Source: Candidatus Staskawiczbacteria bacterium (GTDB lineage Bacteria; Patescibacteriota; Minisyncoccia; Minisyncoccales; Staskawiczbacteraceae). From it: 32,552 nucleotides of DNA. Shown here piece by piece: positions 8,719 through 17,120 of this stretch (within the stretch, counting starts at the first letter, position 1; each line of letters begins with the position of its first letter). Where the stretch lies: positions 1 through 32,552 of the forward strand of contig VGLO01000003.1 in assembly GCA_016866675.1 (NCBI GenBank), read 5' to 3'. The translations under genes and the position numbers were made by a program. The notes below the pieces were generated by a model. The model made no database searches. It worked only from the letters and a program-made list of their open reading frames with translations, and was not told where the DNA came from.

Positions 8719-9214
8719 ATAATTTTAATAAATTTATAACAATAAAAGAAATAAACCCAGAAAAAATACCGGCCAAAACATCCAAGGGCCAATGCACGCC
8801 ACAAAATATTCTGGATAATGCTATAAAAAAGCTTACAGTACAAAAAAGCAGTCCAAGTGTTAGATTATAAGGTAAAATTGAAAACGATAAAGCAAAGAAA
8901 ACAGCTGTATGACTTGATGGAAATGAAGGGTATTGAGGTTTTTTGACTAGAGAATTAACCTCTAAAACTTCTTGAGGTCTTTTTCTTTTATATATCTGGT
9001 AAATGGATTGATTAATTATAAACCTAGCAAAAAGCATTGCCAAAAACGGAAAAATTAAAATTTTAATATCTCTATAAAAAAGAGCATATAAAATTATAAT
9101 CAAAATTAAGAAGTACCCTGCGTAAACGGCAAATATTTTTGCAAAAAAATCCAAAAGATTATATTTTTTTGCGTACCCGTTAATTAACTTAAATAAATGT
9201 AAATCTAATTTCAT
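8711..9214 (-). CDS. PAP2-family membrane phosphatase (undecaprenyl-pyrophosphate phosphatase-like)
   Basis: KRKRP, SFPSSH and [13 protein letters not shown] motifs; hydrophobic helices. Confidence 0.9.
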   Translation of the reverse strand: MKLDLHLFKLINGYAKKYNLLDFFAKIFAVYAGYFLILIIILYALFYRDIKILIFPFLAMLFARFIINQSIYQIYKRKRPQEVLEVNSLVKKPQYPSFPSSHTAVFFALSFSILPYNLTLGLLFCTVSFFIALSRIFCGVHWPLDVLAGIFSGFISFIVINLLKLYV

Positions 9215-10455
9215 TTAGGCAAAGGAAACTTTTTACATAGATTTTTAACTTCCTGACTTATTCTTTTTACCAAATAAGGTTTTGATATGACCTCATTTAT
9301 CCAACCTGCAATTTTTTTCATTTCTTTTTCTTTCATCCCCCTTGTGGTAATGGCTGGAGTGCCCATTCTTATTCCAGATGGCTTAAACGGAGAAGCTGTA
9401 TCATACGGAATACTATTTCTATTGGTAGATATTCCAATACTTTCAAGAAGATTTTGAGCATCTAATCCCGTAATATTTTTATTCCGCAAATCAATCAATA
9501 TTAAATGATTATCAGTGCCACCACTTACAAGATTAAACCCTAATTTACTTAGCTCTTCTCCTAAGGCCTTTGCATTTTTCACAACCTGAGATGCATATTT
9601 GCCAAACGCGGGTGTACTAGCTTCTTTTAAGCAGACTGCGATTGCAGCTATTGAGTTTTCGTGAGGGCCACCCTGTAATCCGGGGAAAACAGCTTTATCA
9701 ATTTTTTTTGATAAATCAGGGTCTTTCTTTAATCCCTTCTTTGTCACCATAATTAGGCCTCCCCTTGGCCCTCTTAATGTTTTATGTGTAGTTGTGGTCA
9801 CAATATCAACATATGGCACAGGGCTTGGATAAACTCCTCCGGCCACTAATCCGGCAACGTGAGCAATATCAGCTACCAAATAAGCTCCCACAGAGTCTGC
9901 AATTTTTCCTAATCTTTTCCAATCAAGTATTCTTGAATAAGCAGAGAATCCCAGCCAAATTAGCTTTGGTTTGTGCTCTTTTGCCAATTTTTCAAATTCT
10001 TCATAGTTCATCAAGTGGGTTTTTTCATATACTCCATAAGATACAGCATTAAAAAATTTTCCCGAAAAACTTACTTTGGCTCCATGAGTCAAATGCCCAC
10101 CCATAGAAAGAGCCATTCCCATAATAGTATCTCCTGGGTCACAGGTGGCCATGTATACTGCGGCGTTTGCAGGAGATCCTGAATGTGGTTGCACATTAAC
10201 GTACTCAACCCCAAAGAGCTTTTTTGCCCTTTCAATGCAAAGATTCTCAACTTCATCAATGAATTGGTTTCCGCCGTAATATCTTTTGCCCGGATATCCT
10301 TCTGCGTATTTGTCGGTCAAAAGCGAGCTCAAGGGTTCTCGCACAGCAGAAGAACAGTGGTTCTCAGAAGGAATCATTTGCAGAGTTGTCTTTTGGCGGT
10401 TAGTTTCCAATTCAATCAATTTTGCTACTTTTTGATCATTATTTTTTAACTTCAT
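9211..10455 (-). CDS. glyA: Serine hydroxymethyltransferase
   Basis: [50 protein letters not shown]. Start placed at MKLKNN (10455) because the upstream extension crosses a terminator. Confidence 0.98.
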   Translation of the reverse strand: MKLKNNDQKVAKLIELETNRQKTTLQMIPSENHCSSAVREPLSSLLTDKYAEGYPGKRYYGGNQFIDEVENLCIERAKKLFGVEYVNVQPHSGSPANAAVYMATCDPGDTIMGMALSMGGHLTHGAKVSFSGKFFNAVSYGVYEKTHLMNYEEFEKLAKEHKPKLIWLGFSAYSRILDWKRLGKIADSVGAYLVADIAHVAGLVAGGVYPSPVPYVDIVTTTTHKTLRGPRGGLIMVTKKGLKKDPDLSKKIDKAVFPGLQGGPHENSIAAIAVCLKEASTPAFGKYASQVVKNAKALGEELSKLGFNLVSGGTDNHLILIDLRNKNITGLDAQNLLESIGISTNRNSIPYDTASPFKPSGIRMGTPAITTRGMKEKEMKKIAGWINEVISKPYLVKRISQEVKNLCKKFPLPK

Positions 10456-10490
10456 ATGTTTTATTCTCATTATTCTATCATTTTTTATAC

Positions 10491-10533
10491 AAAAAAACAG
10501 CGGCCATTCAAGTTGTAAAACCCAAATAGCCGC
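10491..10533 (-). terminator. Intrinsic terminator of the GC-rich solitary gene
   Basis: Minus strand GCGGCTATTTGGGTT-TTAC-AACTTGAATGGCCGC-TGTTTTTTT: a 15-bp stem that closes fully only with G-U pairs on this strand. Confidence 0.85.
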
Positions 10534-10592
10534 CTTCATTGCTCGTCTCAACTCTCGCTTTGCGAGGTTTCGTCGAGCAACCCTTATGCCTG

Positions 10593-11318
10593 CTACGCCA
10601 CGCTTGCGCGTTGCTTCGCAGGCAGGACACGTACGGAACGAGAGCGGATATGACTGCCGGAACTGCCCACACCACAGCTGTGGACCTGGACCTTGCCGAA
10701 GTCAGGATACCAGAACATGCACGGCACGCGACCATCCACATCGCGCGAGGCAGGACAGAGTGTCAAGTTCTCGTGATCGAGGTGTTCGCCCGTAGTCAGG
10801 AAGAAAGCCAGTTCCAGAAGCTCGCGCTCCAAGAACGTCATTCCGCGATGGCCTTCCCCATCAAGCTGGTTGGTGGATTTGCCGGCATTTTCCTCATCGG
10901 CCTCCACCACGGCGCGAACACTGATGGCGTAACTGCCATTGGCCGGGTCGCGATCGTTACGCTTGGAGATTTTCTGATCCAGGTTGTCCCCGTACAAGGA
11001 ATATCCACCGCAGCGTTCCTTGATCACGTTCCACACCTTGTTGCGGATGAGACTCTTGGGCACGTAGATAGCCCACTGACCAGCTGGTGCCGCCTCAAAC
11101 TGGTCCACGACCTCTTGGAACTCCTTTTACATGCCGAGTGCCTGACCAACAGCTTTCCAGTTGAGAACAACTGGGAGGTTGGCCGGCTCTGGCCAAGGGT
11201 TCTCCTTGCGGAGAAACTTCTTGGTGGCTTCGAGCCACTCACTTCCATCTTCCCCAGAGAGCTTCTGGAGAAGATCCTCAACTGGTCCACGAACATCGCA
11301 GAGCAGTAACCGACTCAT
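10593..11318 (-). pseudogene. GC-rich gene (241 codons) split by one in-frame TAA; resembles CPR DGR-target-like proteins
   Basis: ORFs 11127-11339 and 10593-11108 share a frame (...GGC ATG TAA AAG GAG TTC CAA GAG GTC GTG GAC...). SD AAGGAG precedes ATG 11318. About 58% GC in a counted line. The family resemblance is from recall. Confidence 0.7.
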
Positions 11319-11394
11319 GTCAGTCTCCTTGTCCCACAAAATGGGACTAAAATGAACAGTACCGATAAAGCCCGATGCTTTACCTTACGATTTA

Positions 11395-11423
11395 ATTATA
11401 CATCTTTATCTTATTATTGTCAA
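11395..11423 (-). promoter_or_regulatory. Perfect sigma70 consensus promoter TTGACA-N17-TATAAT
   Basis: -35 at 11423-11418 (inside the tsaC 3' end), -10 at 11400-11395. Confidence 0.85.
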
Positions 11424-11969
11424 GTATCCTTTTGTGAGATCTATAATTGTTGAGGGTTGTGACTTTTTTAAATTCCCCCCATCAATAATAAGTATATCTT
11501 CTTTTCCAAAAACTTTTTCTATTTCTCTTGAGCCAATCATACTTTCACTTCCTGAAATATTTACGGATGTCTGCACTAAAGGCTTATTTATTTTTTTTAG
11601 TAAATTATTTAAAAATTTGTATTTAGGAATTCTTATAGCAATAGTGTTTTTATTAATACCATAAATCTTTACCTCTGCTTTTCTTTGTAAAATAAACGTA
11701 TATTTCCCTGGCCAATGCCCTTTTAGTGTTTTCTCCTGGTCTTTGCTTATTTCTGCAAACTCTTTTGCCATTTTTAAATCTTTAACAAAAACCGGTAAGG
11801 GTTTTGATTTTGGTCTTTTTTTTATTTTATAAATTTTTTCAACGGCTTTTTTATTTGAGGCATCAGCCAAAAATCCATAGACGGTATCTGTTGGACAAAT
11901 AATAACGCCTCCACTTTTTATTTCTAAAATAGCCTCATTAAGCGCTAGTTTTTCCTTTATTACTTTCAT
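11406..11969 (-). CDS. tsaC: L-threonylcarbamoyladenylate synthase (TsaC/YrdC/Sua5 N-domain)
   Basis: PTDTVYG, KIYKIKKRPKSKPL, WPGKYTFI, TSVNISG, PSTIID. Confidence 0.93.
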   Translation of the reverse strand: MKVIKEKLALNEAILEIKSGGVIICPTDTVYGFLADASNKKAVEKIYKIKKRPKSKPLPVFVKDLKMAKEFAEISKDQEKTLKGHWPGKYTFILQRKAEVKIYGINKNTIAIRIPKYKFLNNLLKKINKPLVQTSVNISGSESMIGSREIEKVFGKEDILIIDGGNLKKSQPSTIIDLTKGYLTIIR

Positions 11970-12699
11970 TTTTTAAAAATTCTTCAAATTTAGATACATC
12001 TTCTGGTCTGCCAAAATCCATCCAATAATCAGTAAATCTTTTTACTTTTACTTTATTTTCTTTGGCCAACAATGATATTGCGTCTGTAATTTCATACTCT
12101 CCTCTTGGAGACTTTTGGAGATTAAAAATTTTATCAAAAATAACTGGTGTAAATTTATACAAGCTTGTATTAATTAAGTTGCCAATAAATTCCTTTGGTT
12201 TTTCTACAATTTTTTCCAAATATTCCCCTTTTTCAACTAAAACTCCAAATTTTTCTGGACTACTACTTTCAACTCCAGCCACATAGCAGTATTCATCGTT
12301 TATATTTAATGCCACGAGCTGATCTTTTGTGTAGAAGTTATCTCCTACTAGTGAGATAAAATTTTCTTTGCCCACAATATCTTTAACGCATTTTATAGGA
12401 CATGCCGTGCCATACTCTTTTTCTTTTGGACCTAAAATATCAAATTGATTTACAATTTTTATATTTGGAGTTTGGTTTTTAAAACTATAAGTTTTTAAAA
12501 ACTCACTTATCATGTCTTCGCGAAATCCTACCACCATAATAATTTCTAAATAACCGGCACTCAAAATATTATCTAATAAATAGGCTAAAAATGGCCTGTC
12601 CTTTACTTCAATTAAGTGTTTTGACTTATCTTTTGAAAGGTCTAACATTCTTGTGCCTTGCCCCGCAGCTGAAATTACAACCTTCTTTATACTATTCAT
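11938..12699 (-). CDS. Sugar-phosphate nucleotidyltransferase (RmlA/GlmU N-domain-like)
   Basis: VISAAGQGTRM, IVEKP, SPRGEYEITDA, WMDFG. Confidence 0.88.
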   Translation of the reverse strand: MNSIKKVVISAAGQGTRMLDLSKDKSKHLIEVKDRPFLAYLLDNILSAGYLEIIMVVGFREDMISEFLKTYSFKNQTPNIKIVNQFDILGPKEKEYGTACPIKCVKDIVGKENFISLVGDNFYTKDQLVALNINDEYCYVAGVESSSPEKFGVLVEKGEYLEKIVEKPKEFIGNLINTSLYKFTPVIFDKIFNLQKSPRGEYEITDAISLLAKENKVKVKRFTDYWMDFGRPEDVSKFEEFLKNESNKGKTSA

Positions 12700-12701
12700 A
12701 A

Positions 12702-15179
12702 TTAAATAACTATATTAATCAATTTATCTTGAATAAATATTATTTTTTTGGGCTTATTTTCTTTAACCCATTCTTTTATTTTTTTGCTATCTAGAGCTAA
12801 ATTTTCTGCTTCTCCTTGAGTTAATCCAGAAGATGCTTGAATTTTATCTCTCACCTTTCCATTAATCTGTACTATAATAAAAACTTTTTCCTCTTTTAAA
12901 AGCTTTTCATTGTACTTTGGCCATTTTTGTTGACTACAAAAACCTGCAAATCCAACCACTTTCCAAAGCTCTTCTGCCAAATGCGGTGCAAACGGAGAAA
13001 GAATTACTAAAAATTTTTTGAAATCTTTTTTACTTAAACCAACGCTTGAAATCTGTCCCGATTTCTTCGAGGATCCTCGATTTATTTGCAATCGGGACCA
13101 CTCATTTACAAACTCCATAAGAGAACTTACTGCTGTGTTAAACTTCATTAACTCAATATCTTCTCCAACTTTTTTGATAGTTTTATTGAGTAAAATTTTC
13201 AAACTTTCATCGCTTTCACTTTTTGAAATTTTATTATGAGTTAAATTATAAACCTTTTCCAAAAATCTTCTGCAACCAACAACTCCCTTTTGATCCCATG
13301 GAATTTGCTGTTCAAAGGGACCAATAAACATTTCATAAACCCTAAGAGTGTCTGAGCCGTATTGCTTTGCAACAATATCTGGATTCACCACGTTCCCCCT
13401 TGATTTTGACATTTTAATACCGCCCTCTCCAAGAATTACTCCATGTGAAGTTCTTTTTTTATATGGTTCTGATCCAACGGACTCTGGGACAGCTAAAATA
13501 TCATACAAAAATTTAAAAATAAATCTTGAATAAAGAAGATGCAAAGTTGTGTGCTCCATACCTCCGTTATACCAGTCAACCGGAAGCCAGTATTTTAAAA
13601 TTTTATTATCAGCTAGCGCTTTATTATTTTTTGGATCGGTGTACCTCAAAAAATACCAATTTGATCCAGCCCAATTTGGCATAGTATCGGTTTCTCTTTT
13701 GGCTGGACCTCCACATTTTTTACATTTTACATTAACCCATTTTTCAATTGAGGCCAGAGGAGATTCACCCGTATCTGTTGGTTGATATTTTTTTACATTT
13801 GGCAATTCAACTGGAAGATCTTTCTCTGAAATTGTCTGCCAATCGCAGTTTTGACAAAAAATCATTGGGATGGGTTCGCCCCAGTAATGTTGTCTTGAAA
13901 ATATCCAATCCCTTAATTTATAACTTGTCTTGGTATTGGCAAGATTTTTTTCTTTTAACCATAAAATAATCTTAGTCTTAGCTTCAGATGATTCCAATCC
14001 ATCAAATTGCATTGAGTTGTGCAAAACTCCTTCACCTTCATAACATTCTTCTAAATTCTTTACCTTATGTGAAAACTCCTCATCTTTCGGAATAATTGAA
14101 GTTCTTAAAGGAATGCCGTATTTTTTTGCCAACTTAAAATCTCTTTTATCGTGAGCATCAGCAAAAACAGCCCCTGTTCCATATTGCTCTAAAACAAAAT
14201 CAGCAACCCATATTGGCATCTCTTCATTTGTAGCTGGGTTTCTAGCCAAAACACCTTTTAGCTCAATACCAGTGACATCTTTCTCTAAGTTGGACCTTTC
14301 AATATCTGGAGTATTTTTTGCTTTTTTAATATATTCTAAAACTTGGCTTAAATTTTCTATTTTATCTTTATGTCTTTCAATAAATTTATGCCCCGGAGAT
14401 AAAATTAAATAAGTTCCAGAAAAAATTGTATCAATTCTTGTTGTAAAAACCTCTATTGGGTCTTCAAATCCTTCTACCGGAAACTTTACAATGGCTCCTT
14501 CTGACTTTCCAATCCAATCTTTTTGCTGAATTTTAACTCTTTCTGGATAATCAACCATATTTAAATCCTCTAGCAATCTTTCGGCGTAATTAGTAATTCT
14601 TATCAACCATTGTTCCTTTTCTTTTTTCTCAACATCTGCGCCACATCTTTCGCATTTTCCAGAAATTACTTCTTCATTGGCTAATACAATTTTATCTTTG
14701 GGGCACCAATTAACCAGCATCTTATCTTTATAGGCAAGACCGTTTTCAAAAAGTTTTATAAAAATCCATTGTGTCCATTTATAATATTTTGGATCTGTGG
14801 TATTTACTTCTCGTGCCCAATCAAGTGACAAACCAAGCATTTTCATTTGCTTTCTAAAATTGTCTGTATTCTTTTTTGTGGCCAAAACAGGATGAATTCC
14901 TTTTTTAATTGCATAATTTTCTGTTGGTAATCCAAAAGCATCCCACCCAATAGGGAATAAAAGGTTATAGCCCTGCATCCTTTTCTTACGAGCAATTACA
15001 TCTAAACCAATATATGGCCTACAATGACCCACATGCAAACCATCTCCCGAAGGATAAGGAAACTCAAATAAAAGATAAAATTTCTTCTTTTTTGAGAAGT
15101 TTTTTGCTTTAAAGTCACCTGACTTATACCACTTTTCCTGCCACTTTTTTTCTATTTGCTGTGGATTATATCTCTTCAT
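12702..15179 (-). CDS. leuS: Leucine--tRNA ligase
   Basis: FPYPSGDGLHVGH, GWDAFGLPTEN, FTTRIDT (CP1), DWIFSRQHYWGEPIP, KMSKS, VQINGKVR; start MKRYNP. Confidence 0.98.
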   Translation of the reverse strand: MKRYNPQQIEKKWQEKWYKSGDFKAKNFSKKKKFYLLFEFPYPSGDGLHVGHCRPYIGLDVIARKKRMQGYNLLFPIGWDAFGLPTENYAIKKGIHPVLATKKNTDNFRKQMKMLGLSLDWAREVNTTDPKYYKWTQWIFIKLFENGLAYKDKMLVNWCPKDKIVLANEEVISGKCERCGADVEKKEKEQWLIRITNYAERLLEDLNMVDYPERVKIQQKDWIGKSEGAIVKFPVEGFEDPIEVFTTRIDTIFSGTYLILSPGHKFIERHKDKIENLSQVLEYIKKAKNTPDIERSNLEKDVTGIELKGVLARNPATNEEMPIWVADFVLEQYGTGAVFADAHDKRDFKLAKKYGIPLRTSIIPKDEEFSHKVKNLEECYEGEGVLHNSMQFDGLESSEAKTKIILWLKEKNLANTKTSYKLRDWIFSRQHYWGEPIPMIFCQNCDWQTISEKDLPVELPNVKKYQPTDTGESPLASIEKWVNVKCKKCGGPAKRETDTMPNWAGSNWYFLRYTDPKNNKALADNKILKYWLPVDWYNGGMEHTTLHLLYSRFIFKFLYDILAVPESVGSEPYKKRTSHGVILGEGGIKMSKSRGNVVNPDIVAKQYGSDTLRVYEMFIGPFEQQIPWDQKGVVGCRRFLEKVYNLTHNKISKSESDESLKILLNKTIKKVGEDIELMKFNTAVSSLMEFVNEWSRLQINRGSSKKSGQISSVGLSKKDFKKFLVILSPFAPHLAEELWKVVGFAGFCSQQKWPKYNEKLLKEEKVFIIVQINGKVRDKIQASSGLTQGEAENLALDSKKIKEWVKENKPKKIIFIQDKLINIVI
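13055..13098. repeat. Nested palindromic element inside leuS
   Basis: GTCCCGATT...AATCGGGAC arms enclosing the perfect palindrome TCGAGGATCCTCGA (13067-13080). Confidence 0.75.
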
Positions 15180-15211
15180 ATAATTTGATAATGTTATCAC
15201 GATTTATGGGT

Positions 15212-15242
15212 AAAAAAAAGTCCTGCCATTCATTGGCAAGAC
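15212..15242 (-). terminator. Intrinsic terminator of the 148-aa solitary gene
   Basis: Minus strand GTCTTGCCA-atgaa-TGGCAGGAC followed by 8 T. Confidence 0.85.
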
Positions 15243-15263
15243 ATTGCAAAATCTGTCAATTCT

Positions 15264-15710
15264 TTACTCTTCTTTTTCAAAAGGCTTGAGAAACGTGAGT
15301 GATTCTCTCCTCATTAATCCATTACCTGGCAAAGTTGCCCAAACCCCTACAAGCCGTGGGCCCTGCTTAATCTTATACAAATTAACTCCTTTTATTTGTT
15401 TTCCACCTTCAGCAGTTATAGACCAACTAACCGCCAAATTTTCTCCTTGGCGAATTCCAACTCCAGAAAAATTGGACAACCCCATGTTCCAAGATACAAC
15501 ATAAATTTCGTTAACCTTTGCAATAGTAGCTACTCCGGTGTAAGTCTTACCGCTTGCTTCATTTCCTTTGCAGGTATAGTAGCCATCAATATCAAATAAA
15601 ATTTCTTCTGCCGATATTTTTTTGACTGGCACATCTTTTTGATGAGCAGGCTCTAATTCAGCCATAAAAAATACCATCATTGAAACAATAGACTTCCAAG
15701 GACAACGCAT
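15264..15710 (-). CDS. Hypothetical protein, probable small beta-barrel, possibly exported
   Basis: Strong SD GGAGG 5 nt before the ATG, own terminator, strand pattern GYYTCKG...YTGVATI...YVVSW...GVGI...LAVSW...LVGVW. Confidence 0.75.
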   Translation of the reverse strand: MRCPWKSIVSMMVFFMAELEPAHQKDVPVKKISAEEILFDIDGYYTCKGNEASGKTYTGVATIAKVNEIYVVSWNMGLSNFSGVGIRQGENLAVSWSITAEGGKQIKGVNLYKIKQGPRLVGVWATLPGNGLMRRESLTFLKPFEKEE

Positions 15711-15781
15711 GGTGGCCTCCTAAAAAAGTGTCAACGAGCGAATTGGTTTATTGTATTCCTTAATAATTTTTTTTCAATACT

Positions 15782-15942
15782 GAGTCTAGTTAATAATGCT
15801 CTTTCGAAAGATTTTGAAAAAATATTGAGCGAGAATGTGATAGAACGAGAAGGACTACCCATAGGGTAATCTGCCAAGTTATAGCGCATTCGCAGCCAAT
15901 ATTTTTGCAAAAGATGCGGATATGGCATTATTTACTAGACTC
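15782..15942. ncRNA. Long imperfect inverted repeat: candidate rod-shaped ncRNA (6S-like) or MITE
   Basis: 17/18 outer arms, 15/16 inner arms, further partial pairing and an apical TACCC-ATA-GGGTA hairpin. The structure is seen; its identity is not established. Confidence 0.4.
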
Positions 15943-15946
15943 TAAA

Positions 15947-16768
15947 CTAAATTAAAAATAGATTCTTTGCGTTTTCTGTGGTTTTTTCACAGACTTTTTC
16001 AAAGCTAACATTTTTTAGTTCTGCGATTTTTTTAATGGTATGTTTAATAAATATTGGCTGATTTCTTTTTTCTTCTGCCGTTGGAGGAGTTAAGTATGGG
16101 CAATCGGTTTCAACTAAAATATTTTCTAAAGAAACTTCCTTAATCACTTCATCAATATTAAACTTGAAAATTATGCCATTAATTCCAATGTAAAAACCCA
16201 TCTCAATGTATTTTTTAGCTTGTTCTAAGCTTCCTGTAAAACAATGTATTACACCTCTCTTTTCTCCTCTTCTTTTAAGTATTTCTATTACATCATCATG
16301 TGCTACTCTGCAATGCAAAATAACAGGAAGATTTAATTCTTTTGCCAAATCCAATTGCTCATTAAAAATTCTCTTTTGCTTTTCTTTAAACTGTTGAAGT
16401 TTTAAAGCAGTTTTGGGTTTATAATAGTAATCTAAACCAATCTCGCCAATAGCTAAAACTTTCTTTGATTTTGCCAAATCTCTATATTTTTCTTTATCAA
16501 ATTCATTTTCTTGAATTAAAAATTCTTCCTCGTTTGGGTCTGTTTTTATTTTTATAAATTCAGAGGCTGAATACATTGGATGCAATCCAATTGAAGCAAA
16601 AACACCCTGCTCGTACTTTTCTGCCATTCCAACGGCACTTTTGCTTGTTTCGTATTTAGTGCCAACATTTATTATCTGAATATTTTCAGATAAAGTTTTT
16701 TTGACAACCAAATCCGCATCATCTTTGAATGCATTAAAATTTACGTGGCTATGTGTATCAATTATCAT
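15947..16768 (-). CDS. tatD: TatD-family deoxyribonuclease
   Basis: IDTHSH, GLHP, AIGEIGLDYY, LPVILHCR, GVIHCF, LVETDCPYL; metG-tatD synteny. Confidence 0.95.
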   Translation of the reverse strand: MIIDTHSHVNFNAFKDDADLVVKKTLSENIQIINVGTKYETSKSAVGMAEKYEQGVFASIGLHPMYSASEFIKIKTDPNEEEFLIQENEFDKEKYRDLAKSKKVLAIGEIGLDYYYKPKTALKLQQFKEKQKRIFNEQLDLAKELNLPVILHCRVAHDDVIEILKRRGEKRGVIHCFTGSLEQAKKYIEMGFYIGINGIIFKFNIDEVIKEVSLENILVETDCPYLTPPTAEEKRNQPIFIKHTIKKIAELKNVSFEKVCEKTTENAKNLFLI

Positions 16769-16786
16769 GTTTTTGTATTTTAAATG

Positions 16787-16820
16787 AAAAAGTGGGCAAT
16801 CGCAATTGCGATTGCCCACT
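16787..16820 (-). terminator. csrA terminator: perfect 30-bp palindrome plus T run
   Basis: AGTGGGCAATCGCAA/TTGCGATTGCCCACT (16791-16820), followed on the minus strand by TTTT. Confidence 0.85.
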
Positions 16821-16842
16821 AGTTGTTTGCTGATGGCGAATA

Positions 16843-17052
16843 TTACTCGCCAGGCTTTGGCAACGTGGAGGGTGCGGGCTCTGCACCCGGCTTGCCATAG
16901 ATAGCCTCGTACACCTCGTTGCGGTGCACTGGAACCTCCTTTGGCGCCACAATGCCAAGGCGCACCTTGTCGCCTCGGATATCCACCACGGTGACCGTGA
17001 TGTCATTGTTGATGACGATCCTCTCGTTCTTCTTGCGAGACAATACCAGCAT
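16843..17052 (-). CDS. csrA: Carbon storage regulator CsrA/RsmA, 69 aa
   Basis: MLVLSRKKNERIVINNDITVTVVDIRGDKVRLGIVAPKEVPVHRNEVY is the full CsrA signature; SD GGAGG 8 nt upstream; about 60% GC. Confidence 0.96.
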   Translation of the reverse strand: MLVLSRKKNERIVINNDITVTVVDIRGDKVRLGIVAPKEVPVHRNEVYEAIYGKPGAEPAPSTLPKPGE

Positions 17053-17120
17053 TGTCGAATCCTCCGAAAGGGTGTGATGTGCCAAGCCCTCAAGGTGGCT
17101 TGACGAAGTGTTCTACTTAT

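Noticed and set aside
10456-10551. Longer glyA start; likewise the extensions of tatD (16819), csrA (17085) and 27646
   Set aside because: They run through terminators, leaders or neighbouring genes; family N-termini begin at the downstream ATGs.
11127-11129. Stop-codon reassignment as an explanation of the in-frame stop
   Set aside because: TAA, TAG and TGA all terminate normal genes in this window, and core genes have no internal stops.
10539-11309. 256-aa + strand ORF over the GC-rich island
   Set aside because: Antisense shadow of GC-rich codons. Promoter, SD and the G-U-dependent terminator all point to the - strand gene.
15731-15928. 65-aa - strand ORF
   Set aside because: It lies over the long inverted repeat, with no SD or recognisable motif; better explained as non-coding structure.
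16758-17093. 111-aa alternative-frame ORF over csrA
   Set aside because: Off-frame product of the GC-rich csrA sequence that crosses its terminator.
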